From Rebecca billardiae RCC1528 (lineage: Eukaryota; Protista; Haptophyta), in assembly GCA_965240325.2 (NCBI GenBank), contig OZ251226.1:1054001-1118000 (forward strand): a DNA stretch of 64,000 nucleotides, in the 5' to 3' direction. The translations under genes were made by a program, and so were the position numbers. The first letter of the stretch is position 1; the number at the start of each line of letters is the position of its first letter. The notes beneath the pieces are model-generated. The model worked only from the letters and a program-made list of their open reading frames with translations. It did not search any database and had not been told where the DNA came from. Below are positions 1 through 9,554 of the stretch, one piece after another.

Positions 1-1
1 C

Positions 2-421
2 ATGGCCCGCGGTGTTCTCGCCGCTATCTGCTGCCTTGCTGCCGTGCTTGAAGCGGCCAGCTTTGTGCCAACCTCGCGCCACGTGCCGCTCACCAACAGG
101 TTGACCTCGTCGAAGCGTTCACCAAGGATGCGCACGTGGGAAGACGACGAGGATGACATCTCCAGCAACATGCCGCTCGACGGCCCACTCGCGGAGCTAG
201 ACGGCACGGACACATACAGTCGTACGGGCGTCGAGAAGGACGTGCACGCAAAAGAGACCAGCTCGATGCGCTCCATCGCAAAAAGTATCAGCTCAGCGTG
301 GACGAACATTCTGATCGTCCTTCCTGTTCTCCTTCTCTTCGACGAGAAGTTCCACTTCTTGCCGCGCGACTTCCTTTCGAGCGGCGCAGGCGTAGCCAAC
401 CCTCATGATTTCTTTCTTTGA
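2..421 (+). CDS. Hypothetical protein with putative bipartite plastid-targeting leader and C-terminal hydrophobic helix
   Basis: Hydrophobic signal ending AAS|FVP (ASAFAP-like), then an S/R-rich transit-like stretch, and WTNILIVLPVLLLF near the C-terminus. At the window edge. Confidence 0.5.
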   Translation: MARGVLAAICCLAAVLEAASFVPTSRHVPLTNRLTSSKRSPRMRTWEDDEDDISSNMPLDGPLAELDGTDTYSRTGVEKDVHAKETSSMRSIAKSISSAWTNILIVLPVLLLFDEKFHFLPRDFLSSGAGVANPHDFFL

Positions 422-1060
422 CGGCAACTCGAGATCACAATCATTCTCGTGAGCGCGAGCATGGCTCTGACGATCGCATGGGCCGAGCATCGCGGTATCC
501 TACTCTAGTGTCGACACTCATTCCGCCGACTCAGCTAACTTCTGTAAAACGACCGGGCTGTTAGCGGTGACATTAGATTCGTTTGGACCTGGCTGACAGC
601 CTGGGCCGTCGGCGGACTACCGATTCGGCTCAGATACAGTAAGTTCATCTCAGTATTATAAATGACAGTGGGACCGACTAGCAGGGCGTCATTACATGTC
701 CGCGATCAGCTTATATATAATAATTCTGAACTCCAGGCCCGTACTAATTCTATGATTTAAAGACACAGGCACGAGGGCGCAGCTCTCCTGATTCGTCTGT
801 CGAAGTACTGATTGGAGACAGAGGGTGTGAGCGCGTTGGCCGCGGGTGAGGACCTAGTCGTCGCCGATGCCGGATCACACGGAGGCAGTAGGTGCCCAGG
901 GATGCCACTGAAGTATTTGCAGTCGTCGCCAGCCCTTGGTCATCATGTACTTGTACGCGTCGACGTTCCGAGGCCGTGTTCGAGTTGCGGATGCAGTGGT
1001 GCAGATAGTGGATGGGGTCGCCCTGGCCGGTGTGCGCGGCCTTGGTCTTGCCGAGTTGCG

Positions 1061-1159
1061 GAAGTAGTCGCCCTTGCCGTTGAGGAAGTCGTCGCCCTGG
1101 CCGTTGACGAGGAAGTCGTCGCCCTGGCCGTTGAGGAAGTCGTCGCCCTGGCCGCTGAG
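1061..1159. repeat. Minisatellite, 4 units of 24/27 bp
   Basis: GAAGTCGTCGCCCTGGCCGTTGAG repeated four times; the second unit carries an extra 3 bp. Confidence 0.9.
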
Positions 1160-1549
1160 GATGCCTGTACTACTAATTTATCGAACGCTGACGTTCCGGG
1201 TCAGTCCGTGCGGATCTACCTGCGTGCGGCAGTATTCCGGCAAGTTCGCCCGACCTCTCGGGCTTATAAATACACGTATGTACCTACTATTGAGTATGAC
1301 TGACGCCGCGATATGAAAACGGATGACTGCGATCTAGATAAAATTAATATTATCAGGAACATCGATCATCAGGTTATACTGAGGAATAATTTAAAATGCA
1401 CAGCCATATTATCTGATCGGACTCATCTGGTCGAGTCGTATACGAAGTCTGTAACACTCAGTACCGCGTGACGACACGTATTACATGATACTCGTAATGT
1501 TTTCAGTGCCGATGGCGATTACAGTGATCGGACGCTTTTAAACTAAAAC

Positions 1550-2271
1550 TATTGGGTAAACGCGAGCTCCGAGCGTCTCGAGCCCTGCTAAGAGCTCACC
1601 GGCACGTCCTCGGGCGCGTCGTCGGTGACGCCCACGAAGGCAATCTCGACCCTCGCTCCTCTGACGAGCGAAGCTAATCCTCCTGCCGCAACCAACTTTC
1701 GGTTGCGCAGGGTGACACGGCGTTTTGCGGCCCGGCTCGGGAATCTTGTAACCTTCCTGAGCCCCGCTTCCGTGCGTCCGCCAATCGCAGGCGTTACCGA
1801 CGCACCGCCGTAAGCTCATCTTTCCCCCAGGTACTCGGTAATGTCATCGGACCTGGGTAAGCTGCGCACGGACCCATGATCCCGGATTCTCGATTCTCAA
1901 AACTGAGAATCCGGGCGTCCATGAATGAAGTGATCGAGTCCGTTGTTCCTTGGACTCTTCCACGATGGCGCCCGCCTGTGCCGCCGGCGTGCCATCCGTG
2001 CCGCGCTGCGCCGGGCCGTACCGCCCGCGCACGCGCCGCGTCCGTGTCGCTCCGCGTCCGCGCTGCCGCGTCCGCGCTCCGCGTCCACGTCGCTCCGCGC
2101 CAGCGCTGCTGCGCTCGCGCTCCTGCCGCCGCGCGCGCCGCGCGCGCGCGCCGCCAGAGCCAGCCACTGCGTAGCTGATGCCGCCGGCCCGCCTGGTGCG
2201 GCGCCGGCCCTGACGTCCCAGCGGCGACGCCATCTGCTGAGATGCGCGCCCCAGGCTGCGTCAGCTCAACA
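1550..2271 (-). repeat. 3' LTR
   Basis: Direct repeat of 8207-8928; element-strand ends TGTTG...CAATA. Confidence 0.97.
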
Positions 2272-2280
2272 CCCCCCCTC
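2272..2280 (-). other. Polypurine tract
   Basis: GAGGGGGGG immediately before TGTTG of the 3' LTR on the minus strand. Confidence 0.85.
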
Positions 2281-2307
2281 GACAGCCATAGCCGCGAGCT
2301 GCGCCGC

Positions 2308-5300
2308 TTACCGCGCGCGCGTCGGGTGTCGGTCCACCATGATGGCGTCGACGTGCCGCTTGAACGTCGCACCGTCCGTCGCCTTCGTCATGATGTCAGA
2401 GTGGTTGAGTGAGGTGTGTACCTTGACCACCTTTACCTTGCCACCCTCCTGCGCGTCACGCACATAGTGATGCTTGATCTCGATGTGCTTCGAGCGCTTG
2501 TGGTGCACAGGATTCTCCACGAGGTCGATAGCCCCCTTGTTGTCCTCTCGCACCTCCGTCGCGTCCCGCGGCGGCTGCCGCATGGACTCGAGTATGCTCC
2601 GCAAGTAGCTCACCTCGCGGCAGCAATCGCTCAGCGCGACGTACTCCGCCTCCGTCGAGCTCAGCGAGACTGTACCTTGCAGCCCGCTGTGCCACGACAC
2701 CGGCGCCCCATTGTAGAACACAATGTATCCACCCGTCGACCTGCCCTTGGTCTCCACCGGATTGCTTGCCCAATCGGAGTCAGCGAAAGCAAGTAGGTCG
2801 GGGTGCTCGGAATCTGTTGCAAACTTGAACAAGATTCCCAATCGCGGGCATCCACGTAAGTAGCGCAGCACACGCTTCGCACTTACCAGATCCACCGCCC
2901 GCGGACATGACATGCGTCGCGTCAGCATGTTCACCGCGTGCGCGATGTCCGGCCGCGCCGTGACCATCGCAAACATGAGACATCCCACCATCGCCTGGTA
3001 GTTCTCAATCTCCGCGCGCTGCAGCAACGCCTCGTCGTCGTCGCTCAGCTGCGCCCGCGCCGCCGGCTCCGGCGTGCGCGCCGGCGTGCTCGCGTTCAAA
3101 CCGAACCGCTGAAGCACGCTCTCGACGTACGGCCCCAGATGCATCAGGATGCCGTCGTCATGAACTTCAAACACGGCGCCCAGGAACTTATCGAGCCGCT
3201 CACTCAGCTTGATCTCGTAGTGCTCCTTCAGGTCAGCCGCCAGCTTCTCCACTGCGCGCGCGTCGCGCGTCAGGTTGAGAAACAGCAAGTCGTCGACAAA
3301 GCCGCCCGCGATGATGAACTCGCCCGGCGCCGACTCCTTGACGTAGATGCACGGCGCACTCGGACACTCCGAGAAGCCGCGCGCGAGCAGCTGGGTGCGG
3401 TGCGTGCGATGCCACGCGCGCCCAGACTGGCGTAGGCCCGGATACGCCTTCAGGCTCCGGCCCACGACTTTGTACCCCGGCGGCGCCTGCGTGCTCGGCA
3501 CGTAGCCCGGCGGGAACGAGAAGAGAGGCCGCTCATCCGGCTTCAACTCCGAGTTGAGGTACGCGTCCTTGACGTCGCCCTTCGACAGTATGCCCAGCGC
3601 TGCAACCGACGCTGCACCCAAGTCGACTCTCGCGCCCGCCTGCTGAGCGGCGATCGCCACGAGTAGTCGCACTTGTTCCGGCCGGATCGTCGGAGCAAAG
3701 ACCTCCTGAAAGTCGATCCCCGGCCGCTGTAGGTTCCCCAGTAGCACCGACCGCGCCTTGAAGCGCGTCACCTCGCCCTCCGGGTTCGACTTCACGTCAA
3801 AGACCCACTGGCTCGGCAACACCCGCGTGCCCTCCGGAACCACCACCTCCTCCGAGGTGCCGAGCAACTTGTGACCTTCCAAGTGCTCGAGCATGGCGCC
3901 CTGCCACTGGGGCGCCTCCGCCGACCGCATCGCCTCGCGATAGTTCGTCGGCACCTTCACGTTGATCTTCTGGAACACCGACGCGGCGCTGACGACGGCA
4001 GTAAGCAGCTGCGGCCGTCGGCGCGACGTCCGATCCCTGCGAAGCGGATCGTGTCCCATATCCAGGCCGGGCGGCGGCGCGTCCTCGATCACGCCGTCGT
4101 CACCGTCTGCGCCGCGCGGCGGCCCGCCAGCATCTGCTGCGGCCCCGCGCCGTGATTCCGTCGGCGGTATCTGATCCTGCCGACCCGGCTGCGTCATCGA
4201 CGCGCCTGCCCCGCCACGCCCGCCCTGCGGCGTCGGCGTCGACGGCTGTGCGCCCGCGCTGCTGCACCCGCGTTGTCCCGCGTCCACGCTGCTGCGCCCG
4301 CGCCCCGACGTTGACGCATCTGCGTCGTCGTCGTACCCGACGTCGAACTCTGTCGCGTCGTCATTCCCGGCGTCGGCTGGCGTCTCGCCGCCATCGCCGT
4401 CCTCGTCCTCACCGTCGGCGTCACCGCCGACTGGACGATATCCGCCGCTTACCGCGGCGTCGTCACCATCACCCACGTACGCGCCACCGTCAGGTGCGCC
4501 CAGCGACGAGTGCCCCCCCTCGACCAGGTCGGTCTCGTCGATGCGTACGTCACGTGAGTGAACGAGACGTCCGTCGTCTAAACGACATACGTACCCAAGC
4601 ACGTAGCGCCATGTACCGCGCCACTGCACGCCGTGCCCACCCCAGAGATAGACACGTCCGGGTAGTGCGCGCTGCTTCAGCTGCCCCAATGCATTGCGCC
4701 GTGCGCCCAGCATCAGCACGCGGCAGCGCGCGCCAAACGCCACGTGATGCTTCCACGTCGGACGTTTGCCAAAGAACAGCTCATCCGGCGTGAGCCACTC
4801 AATGTCTCCATCGTCACGAACGATACCACGTGACGCCAGTCGATTGCGCGACGCGCATGCGTGCCACGCCGCGTAGTGCCAATCGACCCTCGAGACTCCA
4901 CGCGCAACGACCGTGGCGCGCAGTCTCGACTTCAGCGTGCGGATAGCGCGTTCCGCCACGCCATTCGAGCTCGGCGAGTCGGGCGCCGACGTGACCGTCG
5001 ACGAGAACCCAAGCTTCGCCAGCTCACCCTCGACGTACGTACTCAGTAACGTCGAGCCACCGTCGGTGTGAATATGGCGTCGCGCCATAGTACACCCAGA
5101 CGCCAGGACCCAATGCGACATGTGCATGGCCCCTGTTCCAAGCAACTGCGCGTACCAGCGGAATGCCCGACCAACCTCGGCGTCATCCAAGCTGCGTAGC
5201 GCGTACACTTGCCATCGACGTGAATGCCCATCGATGAATATGATCCCATGAGGATACCCTCCACGTGCGCCATCGGCCCCAACTGGTAAGTCGATGCGTG

Positions 5301-5586
5301 CCATAGAGAAGATGTCGACGTGCGTCACCTGCCCAGGGTAGTGCGCCGTCGGCATCGCGTCCGCGAACGACCGCCGCGTCATGCCCGCCGCCGACTGCTC
5401 GTCGAGCGACTCACGCCGCGCGTTCGCCCCCTCCATCCCCTCGGCCACGCGTCGCGTGCGCTCGAGTAGACGTTGGTCATTGGTGCCCGTTCGAACCGAC
5501 CAAGTGCGCAACCACGCCGGATCAGCGCCTCGCGCCGCCTCCGTAGTGTTTGTGGTTCGCACCTGCGCGGGTTCCGGGCTTAGGCG
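2308..5586 (-). CDS. pol: Pol (integrase, reverse transcriptase, RNase H), entered by predicted -1 frameshift
   Basis: IN DDE: HVD, HTDGG, NGVAERAIR. RT: WVFDVK...RFKARSV, DVKDAYL, PGLRQSGRAW, FVDD. RNase H: FADSDWA, STEAEY, EDNKGAI, DIMTK. The ORF-track N-terminus (5988-5587) is off-frame overlap with gag-PR. Confidence 0.95.
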   Translation of the reverse strand, partial: RLSPEPAQVRTTNTTEAARGADPAWLRTWSVRTGTNDQRLLERTRRVAEGMEGANARRESLDEQSAAGMTRRSFADAMPTAHYPGQVTHVDIFSMARIDLPVGADGARGGYPHGIIFIDGHSRRWQVYALRSLDDAEVGRAFRWYAQLLGTGAMHMSHWVLASGCTMARRHIHTDGGSTLLSTYVEGELAKLGFSSTVTSAPDSPSSNGVAERAIRTLKSRLRATVVARGVSRVDWHYAAWHACASRNRLASRGIVRDDGDIEWLTPDELFFGKRPTWKHHVAFGARCRVLMLGARRNALGQLKQRALPGRVYLWGGHGVQWRGTWRYVLGYVCRLDDGRLVHSRDVRIDETDLVEGGHSSLGAPDGGAYVGDGDDAAVSGGYRPVGGDADGEDEDGDGGETPADAGNDDATEFDVGYDDDADASTSGRGRSSVDAGQRGCSSAGAQPSTPTPQGGRGGAGASMTQPGRQDQIPPTESRRGAAADAGGPPRGADGDDGVIEDAPPPGLDMGHDPLRRDRTSRRRPQLLTAVVSAASVFQKINVKVPTNYREAMRSAEAPQWQGAMLEHLEGHKLLGTSEEVVVPEGTRVLPSQWVFDVKSNPEGEVTRFKARSVLLGNLQRPGIDFQEVFAPTIRPEQVRLLVAIAAQQAGARVDLGAASVAALGILSKGDVKDAYLNSELKPDERPLFSFPPGYVPSTQAPPGYKVVGRSLKAYPGLRQSGRAWHRTHRTQLLARGFSECPSAPCIYVKESAPGEFIIAGGFVDDLLFLNLTRDARAVEKLAADLKEHYEIKLSERLDKFLGAVFEVHDDGILMHLGPYVESVLQRFGLNASTPARTPEPAARAQLSDDDEALLQRAEIENYQAMVGCLMFAMVTARPDIAHAVNMLTRRMSCPRAVDLVSAKRVLRYLRGCPRLGILFKFATDSEHPDLLAFADSDWASNPVETKGRSTGGYIVFYNGAPVSWHSGLQGTVSLSSTEAEYVALSDCCREVSYLRSILESMRQPPRDATEVREDNKGAIDLVENPVHHKRSKHIEIKHHYVRDAQEGGKVKVVKVHTSLNHSDIMTKATDGATFKRHVDAIMVDRHPTRAR

Positions 5587-5592
5587 TTTGGG
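5485..5592 (-). promoter_or_regulatory. -1 programmed ribosomal frameshift cassette
   Basis: Heptamer C_CCA_AAC (5592-5586) in the gag frame, spacer GCCUAA, then a long stem-loop at 5579-5485. Confidence 0.85.
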
Positions 5593-8207
5593 GGCGGCGC
5601 AGCGCCAATGCGCCCCCGCCCCGCGCCCACGCGCCGCACTGGCGCCCTGCGCCGTGCGCGCGCCTCCGCCGGCGCATCGCCGACGTCTGGCCCCACCTGG
5701 CGCCGTACGATCTCGGCGCGCAGCGTGGAATCGCGCGGCAGCTGCACGACGCCGCCTCCCAGCGCCGTAAAGTCCGCAGTGTTGCCGCGCTGCGAGTAGT
5801 GGAACTCGATGCCTGCGTCCGCGCAGTGCTCGACCGACAGCAGCGGCGCCGTGACGCGCTGCGACGCCCACGCCTCGATCTCGAGCGTGAGGACCTTGTC
5901 GCTGTCGTCGTCCGCCGCAAGCTTGACCACCAGGGTCCCGCGGTGAGTGACCTGCTCCCGCGCACCGTTCCCCCACTCGATCTGGCATGCGCCGTGCACC
6001 GGGGTAAGGTTCGTCAAATCCTCGGTCATGGCGATGTTCTTCCGTGCGCCAGTGTCAAACACCAACGCCCGCGTGTTGTCCTCCGGCTGCGCCACGCGTG
6101 CCTCGGCCGCCCGCGCCGCGACGATCTCGATGTCCTCGTCGCGCTGCGCCCTGCCGCCGATAGCCGCGCCAATAGGCGCCAAGCCGAGTCCGGCGCCGGT
6201 GCCGCCGCCGTCTCCGGCGTCTGCGCCACCGTCGCCACCAACGGCGCCGTCGGGCTCGTCACCCTGCTCGGGAGCGAACGCGACCTGCGTGCGGACCGTG
6301 CCGCCGCCGTTGCCATTACCGACCACGGCGCGGGTGCTCCCCCCGCTGCCGCCGCCGCCACCGCTGCCGCCGCTCCGCAGTGAGCCACGGCTGCGATCCG
6401 ACCGCGTCGACGCCGCGTCATCGCCAGCGTTCGAGTCGCGATCAGCCTGCGTCACCTGCGGGCAGTAACGCTTGATGTGCCCCACGGCGCCGCACTTGTA
6501 GCAGCGCGGCCCGTGCGCGTCGTCGGAGTCGCCGTGGCCTCCGCGGCCGGTGCCGCGGCCAGCACCGCCGCCACCGCCGCCGCCGCGACCTCCGCCGCCG
6601 CCACCACGGCCAGCCGGCGACGTCGCGTCGCCGCCGCCGCCACCACCCGCCGACGCCGCCGCCGCCTGCGCCAGGCGGAGCCCGTCGATTGGGTGCGCGC
6701 GGGTAGCGCCGCCGCCTCCTGGCGTGCGGCCACCCGCCCCTGGGCGCCCAGGGCCGCCGCGGTCAACCCGCTTGCCCTTGGAGAAGTCCCAGTCCTCGAA
6801 CTTGCCGTTGAGCTCGTGCACGAGCTCCTGCACGTCGAAGTTCGTCACGGTCCTGTAGTCCTTCGACTCGTACCGCGTCCGCATCTCGATGCCCGCGCCC
6901 ACCGACGGAATGAACTCGATGAGCCGCGCAAGCATCTCCGCCGCTGGCGCTGCGTCACTCAGCTCCTGCAGCAGCACGTGGTTGTGCTGTAGCACCTGGA
7001 AGAGCTCGAGGGCGCCGACGCCGTCCTTGCCGCAGTCCGGCAGGACCGTCCGATGCCAGCGTGCCCGCACCGACATGTACTTCCGCATGTCGTCGGGCTT
7101 GCGCATGCGCAGGATCGTCTTCCACAGGTACAGAAACTCGCGCCCCGGCGTAAGTGCGCCCCGGCGCGCGCGCTCCTCCTGCACCTCCGGCTGCGTCTCC
7201 ATGAGGCGATTGATGTGCTGCCACGCAGCCTCCGTCACCCACGACCGCAGCTCGGTGCGTAAGAAAGCCGTCCCTTTCTCGTACTGCGCCCCGGCGTACT
7301 TGGCGGGGTCCGCCTCGTCGCCGTCCGGCGCTGCCTCCAACACGCTCTGTCGGAGCTTGATGTCCAGCATAGCATGCTCGCTCGCCTGCCGCTCATGCAT
7401 CTGCTCCTCGGTCTCGCGCTCGCGGCGGTAGAGCTCGCGCGCGCGCGGATCGAGCGTCACGGCAGCGCCACCCGTGGGCGCCGCGCCACCGATCCCGCCG
7501 GCGCCGCCCGTAGGCACCGCGCCGACGCCGGCACCGCCCATAGGCGTCGCGCCGTCAGTCCCAGCCGGCGCACCTGCAGCGCCGCCTGTGCCCACACCCG
7601 GACTGGGTGTGCCGGCCGCCGGACCCGGAGAAATTCCGGATCCGCCGCCCGCCGCCGGACCTGAACCCGGTCCGGTCGCCGTCGGGCCGCCCGGAGTGGC
7701 TAAACCACTCCCCGCGCCCGCCGAGGCAGCCTGCGCGTAGCTTGGCGCCTGCCTCGCCCCCGCCGCCGCCGCCGCCGCGCGTTCCGCCGCGGCCCGGCGC
7801 TCGGCGTGCTCGCGGCGCTCGTGCTCGTGGCGATGGTCGAGCAGCCGCTGCTGCAGCGCGTAGTTCTCACGCGCCAGGTCCATCCGCTCGGCACTGACCT
7901 TGATCATCTTCGCCGCGGATGGGTTGAATGTCTCCCACGTCGAGTTGTACTCCTCGAGCGTGTTGATGCGGTGCTCCGCGTTCGGGCCGTGCGTCACGAT
8001 GATGCCGTTCAGTGCGGACATCGTAGCACCTTGCCCCGCCGGAAGCGCCGCCAGCTTGCTCGCCGATTGTGCGAGCCAACGCTGCTGAATCCCCTTGTCG
8101 TTGAGGCTCCCAACGTCGACCGAGCCGTAGTACCGGCCGCTCGTGCCCATCGGCGCGATCGATGAGAAAGCGCCGCGCGTACGATCCCTCCCGATCGCTG
8201 CATGCAT
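5580..8207 (-). CDS. gag: Gag-protease polyprotein
   Basis: CCHC knuckle CYKCGAVGHIKRYC and aspartic protease LVFDTGA...IEWGNG...APLLSV in the same ORF. The true start may be the second Met (MGTSG). Confidence 0.93.
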   Translation of the reverse strand: MHAAIGRDRTRGAFSSIAPMGTSGRYYGSVDVGSLNDKGIQQRWLAQSASKLAALPAGQGATMSALNGIIVTHGPNAEHRINTLEEYNSTWETFNPSAAKMIKVSAERMDLARENYALQQRLLDHRHEHERREHAERRAAAERAAAAAAGARQAPSYAQAASAGAGSGLATPGGPTATGPGSGPAAGGGSGISPGPAAGTPSPGVGTGGAAGAPAGTDGATPMGGAGVGAVPTGGAGGIGGAAPTGGAAVTLDPRARELYRRERETEEQMHERQASEHAMLDIKLRQSVLEAAPDGDEADPAKYAGAQYEKGTAFLRTELRSWVTEAAWQHINRLMETQPEVQEERARRGALTPGREFLYLWKTILRMRKPDDMRKYMSVRARWHRTVLPDCGKDGVGALELFQVLQHNHVLLQELSDAAPAAEMLARLIEFIPSVGAGIEMRTRYESKDYRTVTNFDVQELVHELNGKFEDWDFSKGKRVDRGGPGRPGAGGRTPGGGGATRAHPIDGLRLAQAAAASAGGGGGGDATSPAGRGGGGGGRGGGGGGGAGRGTGRGGHGDSDDAHGPRCYKCGAVGHIKRYCPQVTQADRDSNAGDDAASTRSDRSRGSLRSGGSGGGGGSGGSTRAVVGNGNGGGTVRTQVAFAPEQGDEPDGAVGGDGGADAGDGGGTGAGLGLAPIGAAIGGRAQRDEDIEIVAARAAEARVAQPEDNTRALVFDTGARKNIAMTEDLTNLTPVHGACQIEWGNGAREQVTHRGTLVVKLAADDDSDKVLTLEIEAWASQRVTAPLLSVEHCADAGIEFHYSQRGNTADFTALGGGVVQLPRDSTLRAEIVRRQVGPDVGDAPAEARARRRAPVRRVGAGRGRIGAAPPPNA

Positions 8208-8928
8208 ATTGGGTAAACGCGAGCTCCGAGCGTCTCGAGCCCTGCTAAGAGCTCACCGGCACGTCCTCGGGCGCGTCGTCGGTGACGCCCACGAAGGCAA
8301 TCTCGACCCTCGCTCCTCTGACGAGCGAAGCTAATCCTCCTGCCGCAACCAACTTTCGGTTGCGCAGGGTGACACGGCGTTTTGCGGCCCGGCTCGGGAA
8401 TCTTGTAACCTTCCTGAGCCCCGCTTCCGTGCGTCCGCCAATCGCAGGCGTTACCGACGCACCGCCGTAAGCTCATCTTTCCCCCAGGTACTCGGTAATG
8501 TCATCGGACCTGGGTAAGCTGCGCACGGACCCATGATCCCGGATTCTCGATTCTCAAAACTGAGAATCCGGGCGTCCATGAATGAAGTGATCGAGTCCGT
8601 TGTTCCTTGGACTCTTCCACGATGGCGCCCGCCTGTGCCGCCGGCGTGCCATCCGTGCCGCGCTGCGCCGGGCCGTACCGCCCGCGCACGCGCCGCGTCC
8701 GTGTCGCTCCGCGTCCGCGCTGCCGCGTCCGCGCTCCGCGTCCACGTCGCTCCGCGCCAGCGCTGCTGCGCTCGCGCTCCTGCCGCCGCGCGCGCCGCGC
8801 GCGCGCGCCGCCAGAGCCAGCCACTGCGTAGCTGATGCCGCCGGCCCGCCTGGTGCGGCGCCGGCCCTGACGTCCCAGCGGCGACGCCATCTGCTGAGAT
8901 GCGCGCCCCAGGCTGCGTCAGCTCAACA
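8207..8928 (-). repeat. 5' LTR
   Basis: Direct repeat of 1550-2271; the ORF-track translations inside both copies are identical. Confidence 0.97.
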
Positions 8929-9554
8929 AAAACTTCAAAGTGGCGGATGACGGTAAGTACTATATATATATATATATATATATTATGATCGGCTACGCCG
9001 ATCTTCGGGTAGTAAACAACGAAGTTGAGGGCGCACGGCCCTGGTAGGCTCTGGCTGGTAGTTGCTGTCGCGTTGGCTTCACCGCCAATCACACGGCACG
9101 ATGCTACCAGTCAGCAAAGCGCGCGGACGAAAATCAGTCAGCTCCGAGTCCGAGAGGGCCCCGGGCCTGCGCGGGTCCGGCGGTCGCGGCGCCGGGCGCG
9201 GGGATGCTGTCAGCTTCCGAGCCCGTACAGCTCGTCGCGCGCGCTCGGGGTGCGCGAGGCGACGCGGTACGACGGTGGCGTGGACCACCACCTCACTCGC
9301 CTCGCTACGTCGTCAGCGTGTACAGCCCGCCGCTGCCACTAGCGCCAAGTGGCACTGCTCGGAACAGCTCGATGCGTCGCGCGTCGTCGTTTGCGTCGAC
9401 TAGTCGCTCGGCCGGAGGTGCAGCTGACGCGCTCGCCGAAGCAGCACCGCAGCCCCCGCTCGATGATGTGCGCGGCATGAAGTTCGCACCGAACGTCTTC
9501 TTGTCGCGGCCCGGTGCTGCCCGCACTCGCTGCGGAGCGACCACTCGAAGATAA

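Larger units (their letters stand above)
1550..8928 (-). mobile_element. Full-length Ty1/copia LTR retrotransposon (7379 bp)
   Basis: 722-bp LTRs at a constant offset of 6657; TSD AAAAC at 1545-1549 and 8929-8933; domain order gag-PR-IN-RT-RH; PPT next to the 3' LTR. Confidence 0.98.

Noticed and set aside
1061-1159. Possible CRISPR array (also the SEL1 and 126-bp repeats)
   Set aside because: No unique spacers, no cas genes, eukaryotic context.
5587-5988. N-terminal 134 aa of the 1226-aa pol ORF as an independent start
   Set aside because: Arg/Gly-rich off-frame reading of the protease region; the frameshift cassette explains entry into pol better.
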